Below are positions 1-8,016 of a stretch of 60,200 nucleotides of DNA, in pieces. This DNA comes from Candidatus Zambryskiibacteriota bacterium (GTDB taxonomy: Bacteria; Patescibacteriota; Minisyncoccia; Phycocordibacterales; WO2-35-19): contig QILQ01000011.1 in NCBI GenBank assembly GCA_003233455.1, forward strand, positions 1 through 60,200, in the 5' to 3' direction. Below the pieces are notes generated by a model. The model saw nothing but the letters and a program-made list of their open reading frames with translations, had not been told where the DNA came from and searched no databases. Made by a program: the position numbers and the translations under genes. Positions within the stretch are counted from its first letter, which is position 1; each line of letters opens with the position of its first letter.

Positions 1-1
1 A

Positions 2-100
2 AAAGCACTCAACCTACCAGAAATCCAGAAGTGGTTTAAAGATAAAAAAATTAAAAAAATAATCTTTGTGCCGAATAAAATTATAAATTTTGTTGTTTGA
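2..100 (+). CDS. 3' end of an upstream CDS entering the window (product unknown)
   Basis: Open frame from the window edge (..KALNLPEIQKWFKDKKIKKIIFVPNKIINFVV) ending at TGA 98-100; no recognisable motif. Confidence 0.35.
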   Translation, partial: KALNLPEIQKWFKDKKIKKIIFVPNKIINFVV

Positions 101-206
101 TTTTGTTGAAAATTATTTTAAAAAAATTGACAAAAAAATGGCTTGTGATATTGTAAATAACATTAAATATGATATAATATTGTGGTATAATTAAAATTAT
201 AAATTT

Positions 207-1262
207 ATGAAAAAAGAGATACTTAAAAATAAAACTTTCGCTTTATCATTTAATCCAAAACAAGTGGTTAAAAGACTTTTAAGTTCTCTGCCAGAAAGAG
301 CTCAAGATGTTATCGTAAGCAGATTTGGTTTCAATAAAGAAGGAAAAGAAATGACTCTAGAAGCCATAGGCAAAAAATATGGTATCACCCGAGAGAGAGT
401 TAGACAGATAGAAAATTACGCTGTCAGTCATATTAGAAAAGCTGATACTTATGAAAAAGAGGGACCTGTTTTTGATGAATTAAAAAATACTATCAATAAA
501 ATGGGTGGTGTAATTTCTGAAGATGATTTGTTAAATTATTTAGGAAAGGATACTTTAACTAAAAAATATATTCATTTTCTTTTGGTTGTCGGAGATGATT
601 TTGATAAAGTGAAAGAAAATATAGAGTTTAAACATCATTGGCATATAAATAGCAAATTGTCTGAAAAAATACATGAAGCCATTCAAAAACTTTATTCAAA
701 ATTGGGAGATGATGAAATTGTTCCCGAGTCGGAAATTATTTCGTCTTTTTTGGAACATTTAAAAGAAGTTTCTGACGAATATAAGCAAGACGAAATATTG
801 ACTCGCTGGCTTTCTATCTCTAAAAATATTTCTAAAAATCCTTTAGGCGAATGGGGTAAGTCAAAATCTTCAAATATAAAAACCAAAGGAATTCGCGATT
901 ATGCTTATCTTATCCTTCGCCGACATGGTTCGCCAATTCACTTCCGCGAAGTAGCCAAACTTATAAGTGAAGTCTTCAACAAAAAAGCTCACACAGCCAC
1001 TACTCATAATGAGCTTATTAAAGATTCTCGTTTTGTTTTGGTGGGTCGCGGACTTTACGCTCTTAAAGAATGGGGTTACTCAACCGGTGTTGTTAGAGAT
1101 GTTATTTTAGAAATTCTCAAAAAAGAAGGTCCTTTAACAAAAGATAAAATTATGGAGAAAGTGCTTAAAGAGCGATATGTTAAAACAAACACTGTTATGG
1201 TTAATCTCCAAAATCCAAAATATTTCAAAAAAAATAAACAGGGTATGTACGCAGTAGTATAA
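207..1262 (+). CDS. sigma-70 region-4-like HTH protein with C-terminal HARE-HTH-like domain
   Basis: N-terminal LEAIGKKYGITRERVRQIENYAV resembles sigma-70 region 4; C-terminal IRDYAYLILRRHGSPIHFREVAKLI...GRGLYALKEWGY resembles HARE-HTH; TGTGGTATAAT box at 181-191. Confidence 0.6.
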   Translation: MKKEILKNKTFALSFNPKQVVKRLLSSLPERAQDVIVSRFGFNKEGKEMTLEAIGKKYGITRERVRQIENYAVSHIRKADTYEKEGPVFDELKNTINKMGGVISEDDLLNYLGKDTLTKKYIHFLLVVGDDFDKVKENIEFKHHWHINSKLSEKIHEAIQKLYSKLGDDEIVPESEIISSFLEHLKEVSDEYKQDEILTRWLSISKNISKNPLGEWGKSKSSNIKTKGIRDYAYLILRRHGSPIHFREVAKLISEVFNKKAHTATTHNELIKDSRFVLVGRGLYALKEWGYSTGVVRDVILEILKKEGPLTKDKIMEKVLKERYVKTNTVMVNLQNPKYFKKNKQGMYAVV

Positions 1263-1284
1263 ATTCTGTGATATAATTTTCAAT

Positions 1285-2526
1285 ATGTATTTTGGTTTTA
1301 TACCACCTGAAGTTTGGAAAGGTTTTATACTGGCATTTAAATATGTTTATACTTGGTCGCCCGTTTGGTTGCCGGTTGTTTTTATAATATCTGGTTTTAG
1401 AGCTTGGATAAATTATCGTCGGCAAAAATTCTGGCAAAAAGAAGGCTCAGTTTTACTGGAAATAAAGTTACCAAAAGAAATTACCAAATCGCCACTGGCG
1501 ATGGAAACGGTTTTGGGAGCTTTTCATCAAGGGGGAGGTGAAAGCACTTGGATAGATAGAATATGGAAAGGTAAAACTAGAGCTAGATTTTCTTTAGAAA
1601 TTGCTTCGTTCGGTGGAAATGTCAAATTTTTTATATGGACCCAATTAAAACATAAAGACAATATCAAAGCACAAATATATTCTCAATACCCAGAAGTGGA
1701 AATATATGAAGTGGAAGATTACACTAAGCTATTTTATTACAATCCAAATAAAAATAATCTTTGGGCTTCTGAATTTGCTTTAACTAAACCGGATCCATAT
1801 CCAATCAAAACTTATATTGATTACGGACTTGATAAAAATCCCAAAGAAGAACTTAAAATTGACCCAATAACTCCGATGATTGAATTTTTGGGATCTATCA
1901 CGGAAGGACACACTGTCTGGTTCCAAATAATTATTAGAGCTCACAAAAAAAGACGATTATTTGATATATTTGGAACAAAAGAAGATTCTTGGGAAGATGA
2001 CGCCGAGAGAGAGAGAAAGAAAATTATGGAAAAATTAAAAGTAGCTAAAGAGGAAGGAAGTTTTCCTAGAATACCCAGCAAAGGCGAAGCGGAAAAAATA
2101 GCCGCCTTGGAACGCAGTATTTCCAAATTTCCATTTGACTGCGGTATCAGAGCAATTTATATAGCGGATAAAGACAAATTCAATCCATCAAATATCGGAG
2201 GAATATTGGGTTCTGTTAAACAATATAGTTCTCTTAATCTAAATGGTTTTAAGCCGGCTGGTTGGATGAATGATTTTGATTACCCTTGGGATGAATGGTT
2301 TAATAGAAAAAATAAAATAAGACCTAGAGTTTTGGAAGAATTTAAACTTCGCCGATATTTTTATTCACCATGGAAATGTAAAAAATTTCATGGTAGTAAA
2401 TCATTTGTTTTAAATGTTGAAGAACTCGCTACTATTTATCATTTCCCGGGTTCAGTCGCCAGCACTCCGACATTTGAAAGAATCCCTTCAATCAAAGCTA
2501 AAGCTCCTTCAAATCTTCCTGTCTAA
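1285..2526 (+). CDS. hypothetical membrane protein (N-terminal TM segments)
   Basis: 413-codon ORF with hydrophobic N-terminus (WSPVWLPVVFIISGF); no motif I can name. Confidence 0.55.
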   Translation: MYFGFIPPEVWKGFILAFKYVYTWSPVWLPVVFIISGFRAWINYRRQKFWQKEGSVLLEIKLPKEITKSPLAMETVLGAFHQGGGESTWIDRIWKGKTRARFSLEIASFGGNVKFFIWTQLKHKDNIKAQIYSQYPEVEIYEVEDYTKLFYYNPNKNNLWASEFALTKPDPYPIKTYIDYGLDKNPKEELKIDPITPMIEFLGSITEGHTVWFQIIIRAHKKRRLFDIFGTKEDSWEDDAERERKKIMEKLKVAKEEGSFPRIPSKGEAEKIAALERSISKFPFDCGIRAIYIADKDKFNPSNIGGILGSVKQYSSLNLNGFKPAGWMNDFDYPWDEWFNRKNKIRPRVLEEFKLRRYFYSPWKCKKFHGSKSFVLNVEELATIYHFPGSVASTPTFERIPSIKAKAPSNLPV

Positions 2527-2542
2527 TTTCCGTTATCTTTCA

Positions 2543-3532
2543 ATGAATAAATTTCTTAAAATAAAAAATTTCGTAGAAAAAAGAGTTAAAATTATAAGCA
2601 TTATAACGGTTATTATTTTTATTTGTATTGGTTTTTATGTTATAAGTTGGCGATCGCCAAAATCATTCCCAGACCAAATATTAATTAGTATTGAGAAAGG
2701 AGAAAATCTTTCTCAAATAGCAAATTCTTTTAAAGAAAAAAATGTAATTCGTTCCTCTTTTTGGCTTAAAACATTTATTATACTTTGGGGAGGCGAAAGA
2801 AATGTGGTAGCCGGCGATTATTATTTCCCTACAGCCATCAGTGTTTTCAAGGTAGCTAAAATAATCCATAATGGAGAATTTGGTTTGATAGCGAGAAAAA
2901 TAACTATTCCCGAAGGTGCCTCTTCTATTGAAATAGCAAAAATTTTGAAAAAGAAATTACCAAATTTTAATGATAAAGATTTTGTTAGTAAAGTTTTAGA
3001 TAATAATTACGAAGGTTATCTGTTTCCTGATACCTATTTTTTGACACTAAATGTTAAAACCAATGAAATAATACTTATGATGCGAGAAAATTTCACCAGA
3101 CAAATACAAAAATATCAAAAAGATATTTTAAAATCCGGCAAATCATTGAATGAAATTGTTATTATGGCTTCAATTATAGAAGGCGAAGCTAACGGCTCTT
3201 TAAAATCAAAAAGAATAGTTTCCGGTATTTTATGGAGAAGATTGAGTATTGGAATGCCTCTTCAGGTTGACGCACCTTTCAAATATTACAACGGCAAGAA
3301 TTCATATACCTTAACTAAAAAAGATTTGGAAGAAGATCAACAATATAATACTTATAAAAATAAAGGTCTGCCTCCAACCGCCATCACCAATCCTGGAATA
3401 GATTCCCTGAGAGCAGCCATCGCTCCAACTCGGACAAAATATTTATATTTTTTATCTGACAAAAAGGGTAATATGTATTATTCAGAAACTTTTAAAGGTC
3501 ACAAAAAAAACAGGGGATTGTATTTGAATTAA
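2543..3532 (+). CDS. mltG: endolytic murein transglycosylase MltG (YceG-like)
   Basis: N-terminal TM, then YceG-like motifs (ASIIEGEA, GLPPTAITNPG). ATG at 2543 chosen over the track start 2414, which overlaps the upstream gene. Confidence 0.85.
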   Translation: MNKFLKIKNFVEKRVKIISIITVIIFICIGFYVISWRSPKSFPDQILISIEKGENLSQIANSFKEKNVIRSSFWLKTFIILWGGERNVVAGDYYFPTAISVFKVAKIIHNGEFGLIARKITIPEGASSIEIAKILKKKLPNFNDKDFVSKVLDNNYEGYLFPDTYFLTLNVKTNEIILMMRENFTRQIQKYQKDILKSGKSLNEIVIMASIIEGEANGSLKSKRIVSGILWRRLSIGMPLQVDAPFKYYNGKNSYTLTKKDLEEDQQYNTYKNKGLPPTAITNPGIDSLRAAIAPTRTKYLYFLSDKKGNMYYSETFKGHKKNRGLYLN

Positions 3533-3578
3533 ATTTTGGTTGAGAATTAAACTTTTTCATATATTATGATAGAGCTTT

Positions 3579-4724
3579 ATGAAAAAAAAGGATAAAAAAA
3601 TAAAACCCAAAGAAAGTCAAAAAGTTTTTGTGGGATTATCTGGAGGAGTGGATAGTGCGGTATCAGCGGCTCTGCTTCAAAAAGAAGGATATGAAGTTAT
3701 CGGAGTTTTTATAAAAGCTTGGACTCCGGCAGGCTATCCTTGCACTTGGAAAGAAGACCGAAGAAGCGCTATGAGAGTAGCCGCTATTTTAAATATTCCT
3801 TTTATTACTTTGGATTTAGAAAAAGAATATAAAAAAGAAGTGGTGGATTATATGATTACCGAGTATAAAAAAGGCAGGACCCCAAATCCAGATGTAATGT
3901 GCAATAAAGAAATAAAGTTTGGATATTTTTTGAAATTCGCTTTAAAAAATGGAGCTGATTTTGTAGCCACAGGACATTATGTAAGAAGCCCAACATCGGA
4001 TATTGGGCTTGCCCAATATCCGATGTTGGGCTACCAACTTCTGGAAGGTTCTGATAAAAACAAAGACCAATCATATTTTCTTTGGACTTTAACTCAAAAA
4101 CAACTCAAACATATTTTATTTCCAATAGGAAATTTACAAAAAATTGAAGTGAGAAAATTAGCGAAAAAATTTAATTTACCCCAAGCGACCAAAAAAGACA
4201 GTCAAGGACTTTGTTTTTTAGGTAAAGTAGATATGAAAGAATTTTTAGCTAGATATATCACATCAAAAAAAGGAAAGGTTTTGAATGAAAAAGAGGAAGT
4301 AATCGGTTATCATAACGGAGCTTTATTTTTTACTATTGGTGAACGACATAGATTTACCATTACTAAAAAAACTACAAAAGAAACTCCTTTATATGTAGTA
4401 GCAAAAGATATTAAAAAAAATACTATTACTGTCGCTCCAAAAATTATTATACCACACTCAAAAAGCCAAGGGGAACCCTTGACATTAAAAGATACAAACT
4501 GGATTTTAGGTGAAATTTCAGATATAAGTAAAAATTTATTTTGCCGTATCAGATATCGCCAAAAAAAAGTTAAATGCAAAATAAATATTTCAAATAATAA
4601 AAATAAAGAAGAAGCGAAAATAATTTTTGATAAACCTCAAGCTGGAGTTTCAACCGGACAATCTTTAGTTTTGTATTATAAAGATATCTGTCTTGGTGGG
4701 GGAATTATTGATAACGTTAATTAA
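3579..4724 (+). CDS. mnmA: tRNA 2-thiouridine(34) synthase MnmA
   Basis: PP-loop VGLSGGVDSAV, ATGHYVR, NKDQSYFL; carries two in-frame palindromic inserts. Confidence 0.92.
   Translation: MKKKDKKIKPKESQKVFVGLSGGVDSAVSAALLQKEGYEVIGVFIKAWTPAGYPCTWKEDRRSAMRVAAILNIPFITLDLEKEYKKEVVDYMITEYKKGRTPNPDVMCNKEIKFGYFLKFALKNGADFVATGHYVRSPTSDIGLAQYPMLGYQLLEGSDKNKDQSYFLWTLTQKQLKHILFPIGNLQKIEVRKLAKKFNLPQATKKDSQGLCFLGKVDMKEFLARYITSKKGKVLNEKEEVIGYHNGALFFTIGERHRFTITKKTTKETPLYVVAKDIKKNTITVAPKIIIPHSKSQGEPLTLKDTNWILGEISDISKNLFCRIRYRQKKVKCKINISNNKNKEEAKIIFDKPQAGVSTGQSLVLYYKDICLGGGIIDNVN
3987..4032. repeat. 46-bp palindrome (two inverted AGCCCAACATCGGATATTGGGCT units) in frame inside mnmA
   Basis: agcccaacatcggatattgggct/tgcccaatatccgatgttgggct; 22-bp arms pair perfectly and only the 2 central nt do not; encodes SPTSDIGLAQYPMLGY in a loop that varies between MnmA homologues. 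Confidence 0.9.
4446..4483. repeat. half copy of the about 60-bp palindromic element, embedded in the mnmA coding sequence
   Basis: attataccaca-ctcaaaaagc-caagggGAAcccttg matches the left arm plus core of the intergenic elements at 7559, 22535 and 31193; encodes IIPHSKSQGEPLTL. Confidence 0.7.
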
Positions 4725-4761
4725 TTTGTTAATAAATCCCTAACCTGTTAAAATTAACTTA

Positions 4762-5601
4762 ATGTCAAAACCTATTTATATAATCAAAGCAACGGGAGAA
4801 AAAGAAGAGTTCAATCCGCAAAAGCTGCGAAACTCTTTAATGCGAGCCCGAGCCAGTTCGGAAGTGGCTGATAGAATAATAACTCAAATAAAAACAGAAC
4901 TTAAAGAAGGCAATAGCACCAAAGAAATTTATCACCACGCTTTCAAACTTCTAAAAGAAAAAGAAAAACCGGCCGCCGTCAGATATTCATTACGCCGAGC
5001 GGTAATGGATCTCGGACCGACCGGTTTTCCATTTGAACAACTTATAGCCGGAATTTTTCGAGCTAAAGGATTTGAAACCGCTACTGATTTTATTGCCAAA
5101 GGAGAATGTGTCAAGCACGAAATAGATATAATCGCTTGGAATAAAGATAAACTTATAATGGTGGAAGCTAAATTTCATAATGAACTCGGTCTCAAATCTG
5201 ACCTTAAAGTGGCTCTTTATATTAGAGCTAGATGGGAAGATATCGCTAATCAAGAATTTGAAAATTTTGGTCCGACCAAAAGAAAAATGGATGAAGGTTG
5301 GCTTGTTACCAATACTAAATTTTCCGAGTCAGCCGTTAAATACGCCAAATGCAGAAATATGAAATTGGTCGGTTGGAATTATCCGGAAAAAGGTAACTTG
5401 CAGGATTTAATAGAAGAGACTAATTTGCACCCCATTACTTGTTTGAATAGCACTAATCAAAGTGAAGAAAAACTTTTGATGGAAGCAGGGGTTGTCCTCT
5501 GTAAACAAGCCGAAGAAAACCCAGATATATTAAAACAAGTCGGTCTCTCTGATGAAAAAATCTCTAAAATGATGGAAGAAATTAACTTAATGCAAAAATA
5601 A
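4762..5601 (+). CDS. ATP-cone domain protein fused to a restriction-endonuclease-like (Mrr_cat, PD-(D/E)xK) domain
   Basis: N-terminal IYIIKATGEKEEFNPQKLRNSL...STKEIYHHAFKLL fits ATP-cone; FEQLIAGIFRAKGFE...EIDIIAWNKDKLIMVEAKF fits the D...ExK nuclease core. Confidence 0.7.
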   Translation: MSKPIYIIKATGEKEEFNPQKLRNSLMRARASSEVADRIITQIKTELKEGNSTKEIYHHAFKLLKEKEKPAAVRYSLRRAVMDLGPTGFPFEQLIAGIFRAKGFETATDFIAKGECVKHEIDIIAWNKDKLIMVEAKFHNELGLKSDLKVALYIRARWEDIANQEFENFGPTKRKMDEGWLVTNTKFSESAVKYAKCRNMKLVGWNYPEKGNLQDLIEETNLHPITCLNSTNQSEEKLLMEAGVVLCKQAEENPDILKQVGLSDEKISKMMEEINLMQK

Positions 5602-5607
5602 AACGGC

Positions 5608-6243
5608 TTGATAATGAAAATATTTGAAGAAAACAGAAAAGAATTGATGAAAAAAATCAAAGATGAAATATTATCCTTAAAAAAATCACCGCTCTATAAA
5701 TTTCGTATTGAAAACAAAAATTTTCCGGTAATAGGAGAGGGAAGTCATTTTGCTAAAATAATGTTTATTGGTGAAGCCCCTGGTAAAAATGAAGCGACTA
5801 CCGGCAGACCTTTTTGCGGAGCATCAGGAAGGATTTTGGATGAATTATTAAATCACATAGGAATAGATCGTGAAAAAGTATATGTCACCAATATAGTCAA
5901 AGACCGTCCGCCCTTAAATAGAGACCCGTCACCGGAAGAAATAAAAATTTACGGACCATTTTTGGATAGACAGATTGAAATAATTCAACCAAAAGTTATT
6001 GCAAGTTTAGGACGGTATTCAATGGAATATGTAATGAAAAAGTTTGGGCTTGAATTTGAATTGGAACCAATAAGTAAAATTCATGGTAAAATTTTTGCTG
6101 TGTCCAGCGAAGCCTTAGCGAAGTTGGGATATAAAAATCGTGAAGTTAAAATAATTCCTTTTTATCATCCCGCCGTAGCTGTCTACAATTCTCACACAAA
6201 AGATATGCTCAAAAAAGATTTTGAGCTTTTGAAAAATATTTAA
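5608..6243 (+). CDS. uracil-DNA glycosylase, family 4
   Basis: GEGSHFAKIMFIGEAPGKNEATTGRPFCGASGRILDELL and a C-terminal HPA motif. Confidence 0.85.
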   Translation: MIMKIFEENRKELMKKIKDEILSLKKSPLYKFRIENKNFPVIGEGSHFAKIMFIGEAPGKNEATTGRPFCGASGRILDELLNHIGIDREKVYVTNIVKDRPPLNRDPSPEEIKIYGPFLDRQIEIIQPKVIASLGRYSMEYVMKKFGLEFELEPISKIHGKIFAVSSEALAKLGYKNREVKIIPFYHPAVAVYNSHTKDMLKKDFELLKNI

Positions 6244-7514
6244 ATTTTCAAAATTTTCTGGAATTTTTTAGAATCTTTATATTTACCAACAATAGCCATA
6301 TTCATATTTAGATTTTTATTTTGGATTATTTCTTTGGACACTTTAGCAATATCAGAAGTTGTAATTTTTTCGATTTCTTTTTCTATTTCTTTAGGGGTTT
6401 TTATTTTATCACTTAAAATTTCTTGCATACCATAAAATTCAGTTAGAGAATCTGAAGATTCAAGTCCTAAATATATGTTGCCAATAAGATAATCTTTAGC
6501 TTTTTTTAATTCTTTATTATCAATTTTTTCATCTCTTATTTTTTTAAGCTCACCGAGAATTCCATTTATACCTTGACCAACTCTTTTTGAATCTACTCCA
6601 GCTGTAATCATTAAAACCCCGTGGTCAGTAAATTGATCAACATAAGATTTTACATAGTAACAAATACCAAGTTCATCTCTCATTTTTTGAAATAATCTAG
6701 AACTCATTCCTCCTCCCAATATAGCAGAAAGAACTTTCAAAGCTGGTATATTTTTGTTATGAGAATCAAAGGCTCTTACTCCAATTATAAGATGTGTTTG
6801 GTCAGTGTTTTTATATTTTACTTTTGTAGCAGGTTTTTTTTGTTTTTCTATGACTTTTAATTTTTTCTTTTTCTCTCCTATAGGTACTTCATCAAAATAT
6901 TTTTGAACTTTTTTAAAGATGTCTTTGGAATCAACATTTCCTGCAACTAAAATAATTGTAGCATCAGATTTATAAAGTTCTTTTCTGTAATTTATAAAAT
7001 CATCTCTGTTAAATGCTTTGATGTTTTCTTTAGATCCAATAATAGGCCAACCAGCAGGTTGATCTCCATAAAGAAGTTCACTCCAAACATCATGAACATT
7101 TCTCATAGGTAAATCTTCATACATACTTATTTCTTCTAAAATAACTCCTTTTTCTATTTCCAAATCGGCCGCAGGAAAAGTAGGGTTAAGATACATATCA
7201 GCAATAATCTCAATCATTTTCTCATTATGTTTATAATGAGCCTTAGCCCAATAACCAGTAAATTCTTGAGAAGTAAAAGCATTATATTGAGCACCCAAAG
7301 CATCGAGTTCTTTTGCAATATCCATAGCCGTTGGTCTTTTTTTTGTGCCTTTAAAACACATATGTTCAAGAAAATGGGAGAGTCCATTTATTTTTTTCGT
7401 CTCATATTTTGATCCAGCTTCAATTAAACTCATTACCGTTACAGAAGATACATCCTTCATAGGAACAACAACAACTCTCAAACCATTTTTTAATATTTTC
7501 TTTTTATAATTCAT
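6240..7514 (-). CDS. M16 family (pitrilysin-like) zinc peptidase
   Basis: HxxEH motif HFLEHMCFKGT. Start moved to the ATG at 7514 (MNYKKKILKNGLRVV) because the longer track ORF runs into the palindromic element. Confidence 0.85.
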   Translation of the reverse strand: MNYKKKILKNGLRVVVVPMKDVSSVTVMSLIEAGSKYETKKINGLSHFLEHMCFKGTKKRPTAMDIAKELDALGAQYNAFTSQEFTGYWAKAHYKHNEKMIEIIADMYLNPTFPAADLEIEKGVILEEISMYEDLPMRNVHDVWSELLYGDQPAGWPIIGSKENIKAFNRDDFINYRKELYKSDATIILVAGNVDSKDIFKKVQKYFDEVPIGEKKKKLKVIEKQKKPATKVKYKNTDQTHLIIGVRAFDSHNKNIPALKVLSAILGGGMSSRLFQKMRDELGICYYVKSYVDQFTDHGVLMITAGVDSKRVGQGINGILGELKKIRDEKIDNKELKKAKDYLIGNIYLGLESSDSLTEFYGMQEILSDKIKTPKEIEKEIEKITTSDIAKVSKEIIQNKNLNMNMAIVGKYKDSKKFQKILKI

Positions 7515-7558
7515 AGTAGTAAGTATAGAATAACCAATTTTTATAAAAAAAGCAAATA

Positions 7559-7621
7559 AATTATACCACATTTATTCCTAGGAAGAGGGGAACCCTCTTG
7601 TTTTTGAGGTGTGTTATAATT
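7559..7621. repeat. about 60-bp palindromic element copy A1 (divergent -10-like arms around a GC hairpin)
   Basis: aattataccaca...ggaagagggGAAccctctt-gttttt...tgtgttataatt; arms are inverted repeats with 1 mismatch; lies between divergent genes. Confidence 0.8.
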
Positions 7622-7667
7622 TTTTTAATTTGGAAATAAAATTTTTTTATTGTAAAATAGTAATGAG

Positions 7668-8015
7668 ATGAAAAATAAAACTGTATTTATAGGACACCCC
7701 ATAGCTGGCGATATTCAAAGAAACATTAAAAAAGTTCTCCAAATTTGTGAAGGGGTTCATACTCATAATATAATTCCAGTAGCCCCATATCTTGTTTCTC
7801 TTCAATATCTTAATGACGAAGTGGTTGAAGATAGACAACTTGGTATGGAAGCAAACAATGAATGTTTGCGTCGTAAATATATAGACGAACTCTGGCTTTA
7901 TGGAGATCGTATTTCTTCTGGTATGTAAAGAGAGATTCTACTCGCTCAAGAGTTTGGTATTCCTGTGGTAGCCAAAACAGAAGGAACTCAAAGAGATCTA
8001 AATAATATTAAATAA
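7668..8015 (+). pseudogene. DUF4406/nucleoside 2-deoxyribosyltransferase-like gene interrupted by an in-frame TAA (7926-7928)
   Basis: The frame continues after the TAA for 28 more codons. The junction reads ISSGM*REILLAQEFGIPVV, which keeps the family S-x-G-x-x-x-E...G-I-P-V spacing across the stop. Confidence 0.55.
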
Positions 8016-8016
8016 A

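Noticed and set aside
2414-2542. Upstream extension of mltG; likewise 12746-12802 for rpsK, 20837-20878 for the helicase, 32618-32647 for the M23 peptidase, and 7515-7571 for the M16 peptidase
   Set aside because: Each extension overlaps the preceding gene or a repeat element and adds non-homologous residues. An internal ATG gives the expected N-terminus.
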